Below are positions 12,377-25,600 of a stretch of DNA of 64,000 bases, piece after piece. Made by a program: the position numbers and the translations under genes. A model generated the notes under the pieces. It did not search any database. It was not told the origin of the DNA and saw only the letters and a list, made by a program, of their open reading frames with translations. Position 1 is the stretch's first letter; every line of letters begins with the position of its first letter. Source of the stretch: Felis catus (taxonomy: Eukaryota); contig NC_058377.1 of assembly GCF_018350175.1 (NCBI RefSeq), positions 108,810,001-108,874,000 of the forward strand. Direction: 5' to 3'.

Positions 12377-12523
12377 GCCTACGTGGTCCTTGGCCAGTTC
12401 CTGGTGCTAAAGAAAGATGAAGATCTCTTCCGGGAATGGCTGAAGGACACGTGCGGTGCCAATGCCAAGCAGTCCCGGGACTGCTTCGGGTGCCTTCGGG
12501 AGTGGTGCGACGCCTTCTTGTGA
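12377..12523 (+). CDS. BANF1: Barrier-to-autointegration factor BANF1, last coding exon
   Basis: gtgcag|GCC... translates [48 protein letters not shown], matching the BAF C-terminal half as I recall it. Confidence 0.97.
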   Translation, partial: AYVVLGQFLVLKKDEDLFREWLKDTCGANAKQSRDCFGCLREWCDAFL

Positions 12524-12885
12524 GGCTCTCCGGGGAGCCCCCAGCCCCTGGCCCCAGCATGGAGTCTCCAGAGTTTGCAGCCGCGTGGGGACTCCTCCCC
12601 TGTCCTCTACAAAGGAAGAGATTGTGGTTGTACTCCACCTGCAATGTACTCCAAGGTCTTTTGGGAGTTCCCTCCCCTCACCATTTCAACTTTTTGAAAT
12701 TCTCGCCCTTGCATGCATTTCCCTTCTCCTTCCCCTGCCGATTTCATGTCAGCAATTACCAGCTTCTCCGAGCGGATTCCAGGCCCTTCCCTGACCCCCA
12801 CTCCCACCCCCACCTCTGGTCTGTTTTATGCTATTTGGCTCTTTTTTGGCAAAACAGTCACTGTCCTTGTAAAGTTTTTTAAATC

Positions 12886-12891
12886 AATAAA
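12886..12891 (+). terminator. BANF1: BANF1 polyadenylation signal AATAAA
   Basis: AATAAA ~360 nt after the stop codon, followed by GT-rich sequence. Confidence 0.75.
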
Positions 12892-13469
12892 GTCAGTGGC
12901 CTTCCTGACTGGGCTTTGTGCGTTGAAAAGCAGGTGGGCTGGGACTTCCCCACGGACTGACCAGGTCTGCGACACTCCTTATCAGCGCAGATCGAAACTG
13001 GCGGCTTCCTTCCTACCCGGGAGGGTAGCCACCCTAGCCACGTAGGCCTCAGCCAGGTGCTTTGGCGTGTCCCTTAGTAACCTGGCAGGGAGTGTGGGCT
13101 GATATCTCCCTGGGATCTGGGTGGGCTGTGATGTTCCAGATGTCATCCGAGTCAACATCTGGGCTAGGCAGCACCTGGTGGAAAAGTCAGTGGGAGTCCA
13201 GGGTACCGGGAAGAGGGTGAATCAGATGTAGGTAAGAGTTCACCTGCCAATCATCGGGTGCTTTCCTGGCCTTTGGGAGGAGTGGCCAGGCCTCTGGCTC
13301 TCTGAGGGAGGTTAGGGAGCCAGAACATGGACATCACAACTACGCGGGCTTGAGTGAGTTATACTTTTGTGGGGTATATTTTTGTCCTGGTCTTTGTCGA
13401 ACGCTCAGTGTTAACCAGGCCCGCAGCTAAGATCTTTGCAAACATATTTTTCTCCCCTGGTAAGAGGTC

Positions 13470-13710
13470 ATTGTTTTTTCTTTTGTAGGTGAGGAAACCA
13501 GAGGCTCAGAGAGACTGAGTAATTTGACCATGGACTTCCTGCTCGGAAGTTGCCAGATTGGCCCTCAAAATGTAGCTCAAAACCCACGTACCTGAGGGCC
13601 CTTTGTTCCCTGGTCACGTCACTTGGCCTCTCCAAGCCTCTGTTTTCCCACTTGGCAAATGAGGTGGTTGTAAGGATCAGGTATAACGCTAGCTGTGTGG
13701 CACCCAGCCC
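13470..13710. mobile_element. MIR fragments (others at ~8080-8260, 16950-17060, 18100-18450, 42300-42410, 54310-54520, 55880-56080, 62050-62200)
   Basis: MIR core motifs GAGGAAAC(T/C)(G/A)GAGGCTCAGAGAG and CCTCAGTTTCCTCATCTGTAAA variants. Confidence 0.6.
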
Positions 13711-14029
13711 TGCTTGGCTTTGTTTCTTTCCCCGGACCACTAATGAGGAACTCCTTGCTTGCAGACTTCTCCCCGCAGGACTTACAGTCTGGTGAGGGGA
13801 GCGTGACAGGTATTAAATGCAAAAAATTGGGATACTGTGTGAAGGTTCTCGTGATCCCGGGGAAGGGAAAAGTGAAGGAAAAGTTGAGAAACTCGACTCC
13901 GCTAATAGCAACTTTGTCTGAAGTACCAAAGAGAGTGGCAGGGCTACCCCAGGGTGGGAAAGGATACGGGCCACACACATAACACGACAGGGCTGCATCC
14001 AGAGAACTTGACTATGATGAAGACGAAGC

Positions 14030-14720
14030 AGACAAGACAGAAAAAGAGTAAAAGACTTGAATGGCAGCCATGAAAGGAATACCCCAAATGGCAGATAAGC
14101 TTAGGAAAAGGTGCTCGATCACAGGAGTCGGAAACGCAAATGAGGAGCCGTTGTCCACTCCCTGGCCAAAATTCCAAAGTCAAACAATACTAAGTGCTGA
14201 TGAGGGAGTGAAGCAACAGTTTCCATCCAGCTGGTGGGAGTGTGAATTGGTATGAGCCCTTGGGGAAACAGTTGGGCGTTTTCTAGTAAAACTAAAGATA
14301 AGACCCATCCTGTGACCCTGCACGTCTGCTCCCGGGGCCACTGCCAAGGACTCTCGCATATCCGCACCTGAATGCGTGTTGACCGCAGCTTCATTTATAA
14401 CAACCCCCAACTGGACCGACCGTAATGGCCGTCGGTACCAGTGAACGTGAACAAATGACAGGTGAACCGAGCGCCCAAAATGTCAAATGCCGTGATGCCG
14501 TTCACGTAAAGTTAAGTGGATCCCTGCTCAGGGATCCCTGTATAGGTGGTAAGACTCTAGAAAAAAGACGAGGAAATGCTTATCGTAAAAGTCAATAGCA
14601 GAAGCGGAGTAGTTCCCTTTGGGGGAAGGAGGTGTGAGGAGCGGGGGGCTTGGGGGCGGGGGTGGCGATACAGGCCTCGACTGATTTGTTAACACATACG
14701 TACTGTGGGCTTTTTCGGTA
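14030..14720 (+). mobile_element. Old L1M 3' fragment
   Basis: GCTGGTGGGAGTGTGAATTGGTA, TTTATAACAACCCCCAACTGGA motifs. Confidence 0.55.
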
Positions 14721-17700
14721 TAAGCTACATCTCAGAACAGTGGAAGGATAAAAAGGAAACCAAAAGTAAGGCCCCAGGCATAGAGCAATTATGTGATTAC
14801 TTGGAAAACAGGATGGTTATTGGCCGGGGTAAGGGGTGAGTGCGGGGCTGGGTCTGGAAAGTGAGCAGCCCTCCTGGAAGGGCACCAGGTGGCCAGAGCA
14901 GGGCCCAGCTTGTGTCACAGACCACTTTCTGGGAGGACGCCAGTCTGACTCCCAGACCGCGGTGGTAATTCAGGCCGTCCGTGGAGTTTCAGGCTAAGTT
15001 TCAGATGTTTTCCTGGATGGGTCCAGGGTCACCTCAGAGTCCCCTCAGCCTCAACCCTTTGCGGTGTGACACTGCCACACGGGCCTGGGGTGCTCAGGCA
15101 GGGGCTCGGCAGGGCCATGCCCTCCCCCTACCTCAATCCTGACGCTGCCAGATGGCTGCTGACGCTCGGGAGGCAGTGGAGACTCCCTCCTCCCCCACAA
15201 CACCCTTCCCATGGCTCCTGCCCATGCCGGTTGGCAGGTCTTGCCGCTCGTGGTTCTGGCAAGGGGGCCCGCCCAGCAGAAGCTCGTGGGCCACACTGCC
15301 CGCTCTGCTTCCTCCTCACCCACAGTCTCGTGGGCCCTTCCCTGCCTCACCCACAGTCTTTGTCTCTGAAGCGGCTGGGACCTGCTGTCTCACCTCTCAC
15401 TTGGGGCTCAGGCAGCGTCTGTGACACGTTAAAGGTCGAAACCCTTTATCTGGGTCCCTTGGTGCATCCCACACAAGTTCCTGGTTCAGTCCTGGAGCAG
15501 CAGGAGACAGAAGGCATCTAGAATGTACTTTGTGACAGGGTGGCTTCAGAGATCCAGCCCCAACTTAGCCTGCAGGACATAGGGACCAAGGCCTGTAATG
15601 TTGGAGAAAGCAGACCTGAGTGGGGACGGGTAGGAGGTCATCTAAATGTCAACCCAAACTGCTCAACAGGATGTGCCCGGCCAGGGGGCATGGGTGGGCA
15701 CGGGAGTCAGCAGATACTGCCCCCTGTTCCTCCCTCCCCTGCGGTACCCAGCCAGAGCTTGACCCGCTCGGCCACTCTAGTTATGAGTACTCAGATGTGG
15801 CCAGAGCTTGGGGTGAACCCAACTTCCACGCTCTGGAGTCCGGAAGGGGTCCTGCTGTCCCCGGAGGGATATGGGAGGCTACAGGATGAACCCCAGCCTG
15901 AGACACACCTCCCCACTCTGGCCCAGTAGCAGCCCAGACGGTGTGAAAGGCTCAGAGGATACGTTCTTGCCTATCAACCCCCTTCCCCGTTGCCCACACC
16001 CCCTCAGGGACCCAAGGCTCTTTCTACTGTCACTCATGGCCTCGACTGCTGACAGCCTGAAGGAGCCAGCCAGACCCTCCTCTGAACCAGGGCCTCCTCG
16101 ACTTGCCGTGTGACCTGGGGCCAGCTGCTCACTGTTCTGAGCCTGACTTCTCTCCTCTGTCACCTGGTATAGGTTGGTAAAGGTTCAACCAGCTAATGAA
16201 CCTGAAGCCCCGGGCACTCTGGGGCACTCCTCCACCGATGGGAGCTTCCTGGATCTCAGCTTTCTTTGCCTTAACGTCTCTTTTCCCAGAGGTGCTTAGG
16301 GCAAGGGGAGCGAAGCCCTGGGGGAGGGAATATCCGTGGCCCAACTGGAAGTCCAGGGAAGAGGGTTCTGGGGGCAGCACCGAGGCCCCGAGTAGCCCGA
16401 TCCCAGGGTGAAGATGTCGAGAGCCCACCCTGGTCAGCAAGACCCATCGGCCAGAGGCAAGAGGGTGGTGCCACGGGCAACCTGGATTGGGATCCCTGGG
16501 CCACAGCAAAAATGAAGACTGTGCCCTGTGGCCGGTAGGGAGGGCCAACCCCGAGCTCACACCTGGCCCGTGCCTCCTTCTGGAAGCCAGAGTGGTCCCG
16601 ACAGGATGGAGCCCAGGCCGAGGGCTCTTCTCCAGATGAGACCCAGCCCTGGGAAAATCCTTTTGGGGTCCGCCTGCCTCCAGGGAGCCTCCGCCTACAC
16701 AGCAGACCTCATATCCCCGTGGAGACGTGGGACTCACGTCCAGGACTCACGCACCAGGACGCTGGCACGCACCGGGCTCCACCCCTGACACTTTTCCTTT
16801 GACCTCCCCCATTTCTCCCTAGTAAAACGGCTTCCGCAGAGCAGTTATGAGGATGAGAGTGTGTCGAGGCCCCGGTGCAAGGCCCGGCACACACCAGAAG
16901 CCCAGCAATTGTTACTTAGCCTTCCCCATCCCTCTTTTCCCACCAAGACACCGCTTCTAGCTGTGTGACCCTAGACAAATGACCTGAGCTCTCTGATTCA
17001 CTTTCTTCATCTGAAAAACAAGCTCGATGCTTACTACCTAAGAGTGCTTGGGATAGACCAGTGGGTGAAAGATCTTCGGAGACTGTTAGGTTGTGGTGCA
17101 ACCTGTAGTACTCATTCGCACCGGTGCAAAGGAGTGAGGGGGAGGGTAGGGGCCAGCGAGCTAGGAACCCACCGGCCCTTGGTGGGTCAGAGACGAGGCC
17201 TTGGCTAGTTTCCCAAGGAGCTGTTGGAGGTAAGTGTGGCCATGGCTGAGCTCCAAGTAATGGCAGAGCGGGACCGGGAGAGCCTGGGGAGGCTCCTGGC
17301 CCCCTGGGGCTGCCTCTCCCTCCTCTGCCCTGAGCCTCTTACTCCACCCCCTCCCAGGTTCTCTCAGGTTGGGTTTCTGCCTCATTAAGCCACAAGTGAG
17401 CCGGCTCTCCCACAAACGGGCATCTGTCCCTTTAAGGCAGACACCTGAGCCTACCCTGTGACTGTGTGACTGTTCCTTGGAATCCCAGATTGGTTTTCAC
17501 AGCTGGGCTGAGGGGGTGGGGAGCAGCTGGTCTGGGTCTCCCTGGGAGGACATCACGGCCCTTCCTGGCCCTGGGATTCTGCGACCGACGAGGAATTCTA
17601 CCTGCTCGTAATATTCACCATCGTAATAACCCCCAGCGGTTCGTCAGGTACTATAACCCACTACCCCTTTCAAGCCCCAAGCGAGATCCCTGGAGGCCCT

Positions 17701-18720
17701 AAGCACTAACAAGATCTTCGTGCCCCAGAGCATAATGCACCCCTACCCCCCACAACTCGTGATTAAAAGTACAAGCTACACTGACCTCTAAAACACAAAT
17801 AAGGAAGTCCACCAAGATTCAGACTTTTCCCGTGTTAGCTGCTTCAGTGCTGTTCATTGATTACCAGATTTTTCTAAAAAAAACTCCTAGTGCCCTATTT
17901 GGCTGCTACCTCCAGCACGCACAGTTTACCTATGGGTGGCCCAGTCCCGGGTGTTAATGCCAGTGTAACCTTAGCAGGTAAGAGTGGTCACCTATCCTCG
18001 ATGATGACACAGAGGCCTTGGGAGGCCATGGGACTTGTCCAAGTCACCAGTCAGTAAACGGCAGAGCTGGTACGACACACACCCCTCTTTCTGGCCCGTC
18101 TTCATCTTTTGGGCTCAGCGTGGTCTGAGAGCGCAGATTTGAGTTCGACTGCCTGGGCTCAAAAGCCAGCATCATCACTTACTATTTACTAGCTGACATC
18201 CTGGGGCAAATCAGTTCTCCCCTCTGCGTCCTGTGGCTCGCTGTGTAAGGTGGAAACATTACCAATTCCCATTTCATGCTGGCCGGGAGGGTCAAACGGT
18301 GCCCAGCTCAGTGCACTGGTCTCCTTTCCTATCATATTTATAGGACCAGGGCTTCTCCAAACACTTTGCCTGTTGAGTTCTCACAGCAACCCATTTTACA
18401 GAGAGGGAAACTGAGGCACTGAGCGATTAAGGCATTCCTTCCAGGTTACACAGGTAGCAAACGGTGGCAATAGTAAGACCTCGCCAATGGTTGTCGGTAT
18501 TTCATGCCGGCTGAGCTTTCCATGAAACTGTTTGAATGGTGGCACTTGCCGGGGACTGTCACGGTCCTTTCCCTCACGAACTGGGTGTGTCCCTGGAGGG
18601 CAGGGCAGCATCGCGGGGGACACAGGTGTGCTGGGGCCACGGACTGCCCCCTTTGGCGCGAGGACGGCGGCCTCTCAGATCGCCCAGGCTCCCATCCCTC
18701 CCAGGCTCTGCCTCTGCCGC

Positions 18721-18758
18721 GGGGTGGGCGGGGCGGGCGGGGCCGCTAGCCTATAAAA
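18721..18758 (+). promoter_or_regulatory. CST6: CST6 core promoter: clustered GC/KLF boxes and TATA box (TATAAAA 18752-18758)
   Basis: GGGGTGGGCGGGGCGGGCGGGGC then CTATAAAAAC about 50 nt upstream of the Kozak-context ATG (GCCATGG). Confidence 0.85.
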
Positions 18759-18802
18759 ACGGCGCGCCCCCGAGGGCCTGACACTGACGACCGACCGTGG
18801 CC

Positions 18803-20076
18803 ATGGCGCCCCCGAGCCTCTCGCGGGCCCTGGGCCTGGGCCTGCTCGCGCTCTGCCTCCTGGCGCTGCCCGGTGACGCCCGTGCCCGCCCGGCGGAACG
18901 CAGAGTCGGAGAACGCCAGAACCTGTCACTCAGTGACCCGCAGGTGCAGAAGGCAGCGCAGGCGGCCGTGGCCAGCTACAACATGGGCAGCAACAGCCTC
19001 TACTACTTCCGCGACACCAGGATCCTCAAGGCCCAGAGTCAGGTGTGGACGGGCAGGCGGGTCAGGGGCGAGAGGCAGCCTCCCACCAGGCCAGCAGGGC
19101 TTTCAGCCGGTGGCCAGGTCGAGGGGGTGCCACAGAGAGTAATAGGGACATTTTCATACGATGTAGTTTTTAAATCGGATTAATGCCAAGAATTCATTAT
19201 GAACGACCTATCCAGCTTTCGGTGGACGGGATCCAGCCCTGTCTCACTAGCCTCACGGTAGCCCCCGCCCTGAGGGGCGGACTGGGGAGAGGGGAGTGAG
19301 GGAGATGGGGCGGTGGGCTTCAGGACATGTGCACACCTGGGTCTCAGCTTCCTGTGTGGCCCGGGCCTCCGCCCCTCTCCCCAGGGGTCGCCACCAGAAC
19401 TTCCCCATCCAGGGTCTGAATCCCGAGGCCCAGCCCAGCATGCCGAATGTGGAGAGAGGGGAGAGGTCTGGGTCTGGGGTAGTTTTCCGGTGCCCCTCAC
19501 CCGCTCCTGCTCTCCCTCCCCAGCTGGTGGCCGGCATCAAGTACTACCTGACCCTGGAGATGGGGAGCACAGCCTGCCGGAAGAACGTGGCCACCGGAGA
19601 TGGCGTAGATGTCACTACCTGCCCCCTGGCCACAGGCGTGCAGGAGGAGGTAACAGCCCCGCACCCCACTGCCCAGCACCCAAGGCCCTCGATTGTCCGG
19701 CCCGAACTGGTCTGGTTGGCCAGGCTGATGTCTGGCTGAACCTGTCCCTGTCACCTGGATGACTCACTCACCAGGCCAGGGTGGGGTACAGAGAGGAGGA
19801 GACTGGGGCTTCTCCCTCACAGGAGCGGGCTAGCAAGATCTGGGATCTGGTCCCAGCCATCTGAGTCATTGTCCCTTTGGGCCAGTGACCGCCGCTCTCG
19901 AACCCCAGAGCACAGCGTCGCAGGCTGAGGATGGCAGTTGCCAGGGGTCAGGCCTGGGGCCCCACCCACCTCTCCTTCTCTCCCTGCAGAAACTGCGCTG
20001 TGACTTCGAGATCCTGGTGGTCCCCTGGCAGAATTCCTCCCAACTTCTAAAGCATAACTGTGTGACCATAACCTAG
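18803..20076 (+). CDS. CST6: Cystatin E/M, 150 aa; join(18803-19042, 19524-19649, 19990-20076)
   Basis: Signal peptide, GSNS legumain-binding Asn loop, Q|LVAG cystatin motif split by intron 1, PW motif, four conserved Cys; GT-AG introns all phase 0 (240+126+87 nt). Confidence 0.97.
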
Positions 20077-20149
20077 ACCCCTTCAGGCACGGGAACCGGA
20101 GGGAGCAGGTGCAGCGTGGAAGGCACACATCCATGGATGTATCTGTCAC

Positions 20150-20155
20150 AATAAA
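20150..20155 (+). terminator. CST6: CST6 polyadenylation signal AATAAA
   Basis: AATAAA ~75 nt downstream of the stop codon. Confidence 0.8.
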
Positions 20156-20534
20156 GTGCTGCCGGCTTCTCACATTGGACTCTCCTGAGTGCTTCACTCC
20201 CCGCCGCCCAGGACTCAGAGTTCCCCGCCTGTGACAATCCCATACCCGCACATGGGCCAGAGATGGCAGAATCCCCACAGGCCATGAGACCTTGAGGGCA
20301 GGGACAGTGGCTTTCAAGTATACGCTGTGGGCTATACGCCAGAGGGACTCCCCAGTGCTTTGCCCCAGGCAAGACTCCTGGAAGGGGACGGACAGGAAGC
20401 CCCAAGGGGACCGAGGTCACATCTGCCCACAGGAGGGATGAGGGGACAGAGGCAATTTGATGTCGTTTAAAGAAAACGGAACTGCAACACTTTATGCACA
20501 ACTGCATATGTGGCTACCATTCGTCCTCACTGTA

Positions 20535-20536
20535 TA

Positions 20537-20571
<35 letters not shown>

Positions 20572-20711
20572 CACAATTCACACTTGGATGCTCCAGAAAC
20601 ACAGGTGCACACAGAAGTAACACCCTCCACCCCAAGCAGCCTGGACATGTATACAGACCTCCAAACACATAACCCCAGAGACCCACATCCCCCACCGGGA
20701 GCTGTGCCTCA

Positions 20712-20750
<39 letters not shown>
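20535..20750. repeat. Two (CA)n microsatellites downstream of CST6 (further (CA)n at ~21835, 22370, 28108, 38268)
   Basis: Direct reading. Confidence 0.9.
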
Positions 20751-20753
<3 letters not shown>

Positions 20754-21834
20754 CCTGGAACAGGACGAGCAGTAACTAGATCCTTTGGGAGCACTAGGTG
20801 TGGGTCCCAGCAGGCCCTGGCGGGCTGAACTTTGGTGGCTGTGGACCTGGGGAATGCCCCTGTCCCGGTCTTCTGTCCCTCACCGCCCCCATCGTGCCTG
20901 CCTCCAGCCCCCTGCCCAGTGCTAGGACCGAATGAGGAGCGGCCCCGGGTGCCAGGCCCTGCCCTCTGCTCCCAGAGGCTGTGTAGGGGTAGGGATGGGG
21001 AGGCGGAAAATAGAGGTAACTTCCACCCGGAACACTGAGGAGCGAAGGGGCTGAGTTTGACGGGAACTAGGGGTGCAACGGAAAACCTCAGCCCTGCTTG
21101 AGCCTGTCAGACGAGACAGCTCAGACAGCCCAGGGCCATGGAGTGTGGAGGTCGGCCTCTGCTTGGAAGGGCTCCCGTGGGCCACCTAGCAGGAGCCTCT
21201 GACACTGGGCAGGGGAAGTGGCAGGAAATGCTTACTCAATGAATGTGTGAGGTGGTGGGTGAGGCAAGGCCTGCAGATATCTGCCAGGTGGCCTCTCCAC
21301 CCCCGGAATCAGTGCCCGGATCCCAGATGGCATCTCGTCTGCACAGTCTATTCCCGGGCCTCGGGCCAGGCGGTACCCCGGGCCGGGCCAGGGAGTGAGG
21401 CTCTGCTTCTGCCCGAGGGCCTGGAGTCTTCACCTCTGTCTGGCCCAGCCTAGAGGTGGTGAAGGGGGAGGGAGACCGGCAAAACCATCCTGCTCTTGAC
21501 CCCCTCCAGCCCGTACTGTGCCCTGGCCTCTCTCTACCAGGGACGAGGTGGCTGCCGTAGACGGTGCAACGCCCCACTCCGGTTGTGAAGTGCCAAGGCT
21601 GGGCTCGAGCCTGACTCAGCGCTAGGTCTCCGGCACCGGGCCCAGGCCCTTGGGGACCTGGGTCAGAGCCTTACTTCCAACAAGACCATGGGGACGGGCT
21701 CTGGGCATTTTGCCCAGGTTCAGGCTGAAAGTAGGGGAACTCATCTAAGCCCTAGACCAGGCAGGGTTGGGGGTGGGGGCGGCCATTAGTCTCATTCTCT
21801 GCTTTCCTCCAACAGAGGCTCATCTATCCCCTCA

Positions 21835-21865
<31 letters not shown>

Positions 21866-22606
21866 TATACACCTACGTTGTGTTCCCACCCACCCCCACC
21901 TGCACTCCTACCAATAGCCTGAGGCCAGGAGGACTTGAACAGCCTCCACCCTGCTTCCCCTCACTTGGGTTCTTTAATGTGACCCCAGGCAGGGCAGGGA
22001 ATGGCAATGACCTCTGACCTCTGAGTGCCTGTTATCACCATCAGGTTGGCACTCTTGTACTGGATTCTGAAGGTCTCGGTAGGCCCGGCTTCCTGGACTC
22101 TGAGCCCCTATTTCTGGAACCTACTGATCCCCCAGGCCCTGACAACCAGGGGCTGTTCCAGCTGGTTCTTTTTCTCCCAACTCTGGGGCCAGACGGACCT
22201 TCCTCCCCGAAGCAAGGTGACTGCCCACTCACCCCTCCAGCACCGAGCCCGGCCCCCTTTCCGAGTCACCTCTCTGGCTGCTGCTAATGCACTGTGGGCC
22301 CAAGCCAGGATGCAGGCCCTGGGGGTGGGGGTGGGGGGCTGGAGGGGACCAAGAACAGCGCCTGTCACACACAACACTCACACACACACACACGCACACC
22401 CGCCAGTGCACACAGTTCCCCGGCCCTGTGCCTTGGCTTACCCAGGGAGGACACAGAGCCACTTGGGGTTTTAAAACTCTGTTAGGGCCCAGCCCTGTGG
22501 GCCCGACAACCACTCCAGCAGATGTAGGAACTTGTCCCGGCCCACCCCGGTGGGCAGCTTGCCGGAGGCCGAAGGCTTTCACCCCGTGTCTCCCTCCATC
22601 GAGGGG

Positions 22607-25600
22607 TCACTTCCTGAAGTCCTCTTCTCCAGTCTGCAGGGGTAGGATGGGAGGCTGACTGAGCCAGTACTGGCCTCTGTCCTCTCGCCTGCCCCTGTGA
22701 CCCTTAGGGGCACGTCTGGGGGCGAGCCTCCCATGCCTGGCCTTCTGGGGCCCTCCCGTGCCGGCCCCTCTCCTCTGGTCCTGCCCTGTTCACCTCAAAC
22801 GCTGTGTCCACAATCTCGTCCAGGACGGATGCCTGGGAGCGGAATTTCTGTTGATGGTGTTCCACCCCGGCCACCAGTTGCAGGAAGCGGAACAGGAGCT
22901 CTCGCTGCCTGGGGGCGGGAGGGGGGCAGAGGAGAGGCTGAGTTGACCTGCCTGGCAGGGCCCTTTGGGCTGCCAGAGCCCTCCCCCCACTCCAGCTCCT
23001 CGTGCTTGACACCCACCAGCCCGCCCTCATGGCTCTTCTGAGCGCGGCCTTTCGTGGTGCTTCTCTTCCACGAGTAAAAAGCCCCGCGCGTGCCTGTGCC
23101 ACGGAGGACGCTAACCCTCCCGATTATCCCTCCCTCCCTCCACCCACCCGTCTGCTTGCCCCTCCGACTACCCCATACCTCTCTAGGCACCCACTCACCC
23201 ATCGGCCCATTCATGCCCCCACCTACCCAGCCATCCACTCACTCATCCGACCACCCCAACCTTGTAGTTGCTCACCCGCGCCCCCATCTACCTGCTCGTC
23301 CCTGGACCCAGCCACCCACCCCTTCGCCGTGTTGTGCAGTCAGTCATCCACCTCACCACCCCCCTCCCCAACCATTCATCCAGCCGACTACCCACCCATC
23401 AACCCCCTCATCACCTGCCTGTTTTATAAATCCATCCACCAAATGACACTGAAATAAATGAACACTGCCAGGTGCTCTGAGGACACAGAAACGAACAAGA
23501 AACCCTCCTCGCCCTTAAGAAGCTCAGCCTGTAGCAGAGCCAGGAAAGCAAACTGAGTGCTTCCACTCGGGATAAGTGCAAACACAGAGTGCTGAGGGTG
23601 CCCGAGGAGGAAAACCCCATCCAGTACCGGGGATCAGAAAAGGCGTCCAGAGGAAGTGCCATGGAGCTGAGTTTGAAAGACACATGAGGGTTTGCCAGGC
23701 TTAGGCAAGGTTCCTGGTCCCCTACTCCAGAAGAACGGGGTTACGCTGGGGGCCAGGGCAGGCCTCAGGGAAGGAGGCTGTAGAGAGTGGATGCCTAAAG
23801 GAGGCAAGCGTCTTGTAGGGTCTTAAATGCTGACGATGAAGGAAAAGCCCAAACTACTTTTAACACAGACCACTAAGAAAGGAAAGAGGAAAACAAATGA
23901 ACGACAACAACACAAACACAAACAGAGAGCACTCGTAGTGGAGGTGGACCAGTGGGGAAGAGTCTGGAGGCCAAGAAACCCCCAAGGAAAGTGTTATAGA
24001 GGTGCCAAGGGTCCGCTGTGCCAGGGGCCAAGTGGCTGGAACGTGGGGGGAGGGGCCGGGAGGGCCGGGAGGTGAAGCGAGCCGGATTGGAACTCAGCTC
24101 TCCCAAATCTTGGTCACTTGAGCCTGGCACTGGCAGCCAGAGGACACTCCAGTTAGAGAGGACAGTGTGGGCAAAGGCCCAGATGTGCCGGCGTGGGAGG
24201 CTGGCAAAGGCTTGATCACAGAGGGCCTGTTGGGGCTTGAGCTCTGATGGTGGGTGAGGAGAGGCTGGAGGCTTCCAGGAGTCAGGCTGCCCTGTCGGCT
24301 GGCTTAGAGCCAGACTGGCTGAGGTAGAGGGGGGCCCAGCTTTCGGAGAGAAGGTTCTCTGGGGAGCCAGGAAGCGGGAGTCTGTGCCGAGGTCCCCCAG
24401 CCAGGAGCACAGCCACAAGTCCCCAGCCGTCCTGGACCAATTGGCCAATTGATTCGACGAGAATGGGGTGTTGACCATCTGCCTCCCAGGCCTTCTCCCA
24501 AGCTGCTCCTCGACCCATCCTTCTCATCCCTCCACCTAACCGACCACTGCTCTCCATGGCCCAGCACAGGTCTTTAGCAATAGGGTTGCCGTGGGCGGGC
24601 CTAGTCCGTGTCATCTTTGGGTCCCTGGAACCCTCGCAGGGCCTGACCCAGAGCAAGGGTCAGGGATGCTCCTTGAGTAAACAGATGAGCAGGATCACTG
24701 TTTCTCTGGGACCTCTCCGATGCCCTGCGCTTGTCCTCAGCCTCGAGGAGCTCTCATGGCCCTCTAGGCACCGCTCGTGGGATTCTCTTGGTGACACAAG
24801 ATGGCTCTGGGTGAGCAGAGATCACTTGTGGCTTCCACCTCCACCCGTGGGCTCTACCTGAGCCTTGGCGCTCCACCCCCCCTTCCAGAGAGGTGGGCGA
24901 TGTCCTTTTCCCTGCCAGACCATGGCCGCCCCTCCCTTTGCGCCCCCTTACTTCTCAGTCATGGTCCCAAATTTCTTCTCAATGAGCTGCTTCTGTTTGG
25001 TATGTTCACTCACCACCTCTTCAGGCTCTGGATGTAAAAAGGGGGAACGTCAAGGCGATGCCTGGATCAAGAGGAGGTAGAAGGAACCTTGTGTGTCACA
25101 GAGATATTCAAATGGGGCTAAAGGATGGGGCGCCTGGGTGGCTCAGTTGGTTAAGCGTCTAACTTGGTCATGATCTCACGGTTAGTGAGTTCAGGCCCTG
25201 TGTCGGGCTCTGTGCCAACAGCTCAGAGCCTGGAGCCTGCTTCGGATTCTGCGTCTCCCTTTCTCTCTTCCCCTCCCCTCACTCACGCGCTCTCTCTCTC
25301 TCTCTTTCTCTCAAAAAATAAACATTAAAAAACAAAAATCAAATGGGGCTAAAGGAGTTTTTGTCCATGATGGCCCCAAAGAGATGGCTTCTCCACGCAG
25401 AGTGGGTATCAGTTTTGTTTGTTCGTTTGTCTCAAAGTCCCCCGGTTTTCCTGAGGAACCACTCCTGCGCCTTTTGGGTCCATACCATCCAGCAGGGGTT
25501 GACCCTGTCCCCTGACCTCCAAGGACATGTGACCCAGACCTGGCCAATCAGAACAGCCTATTCTTTTGGCTATAGTGATTGGTTCCAAAATCGTCAGATG

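Noticed and set aside
15000-17500. Many 60-200 aa ORFs between BANF1 and CST6
   Set aside because: GC-rich intergenic sequence with no consistent splice structure or recognisable protein similarity
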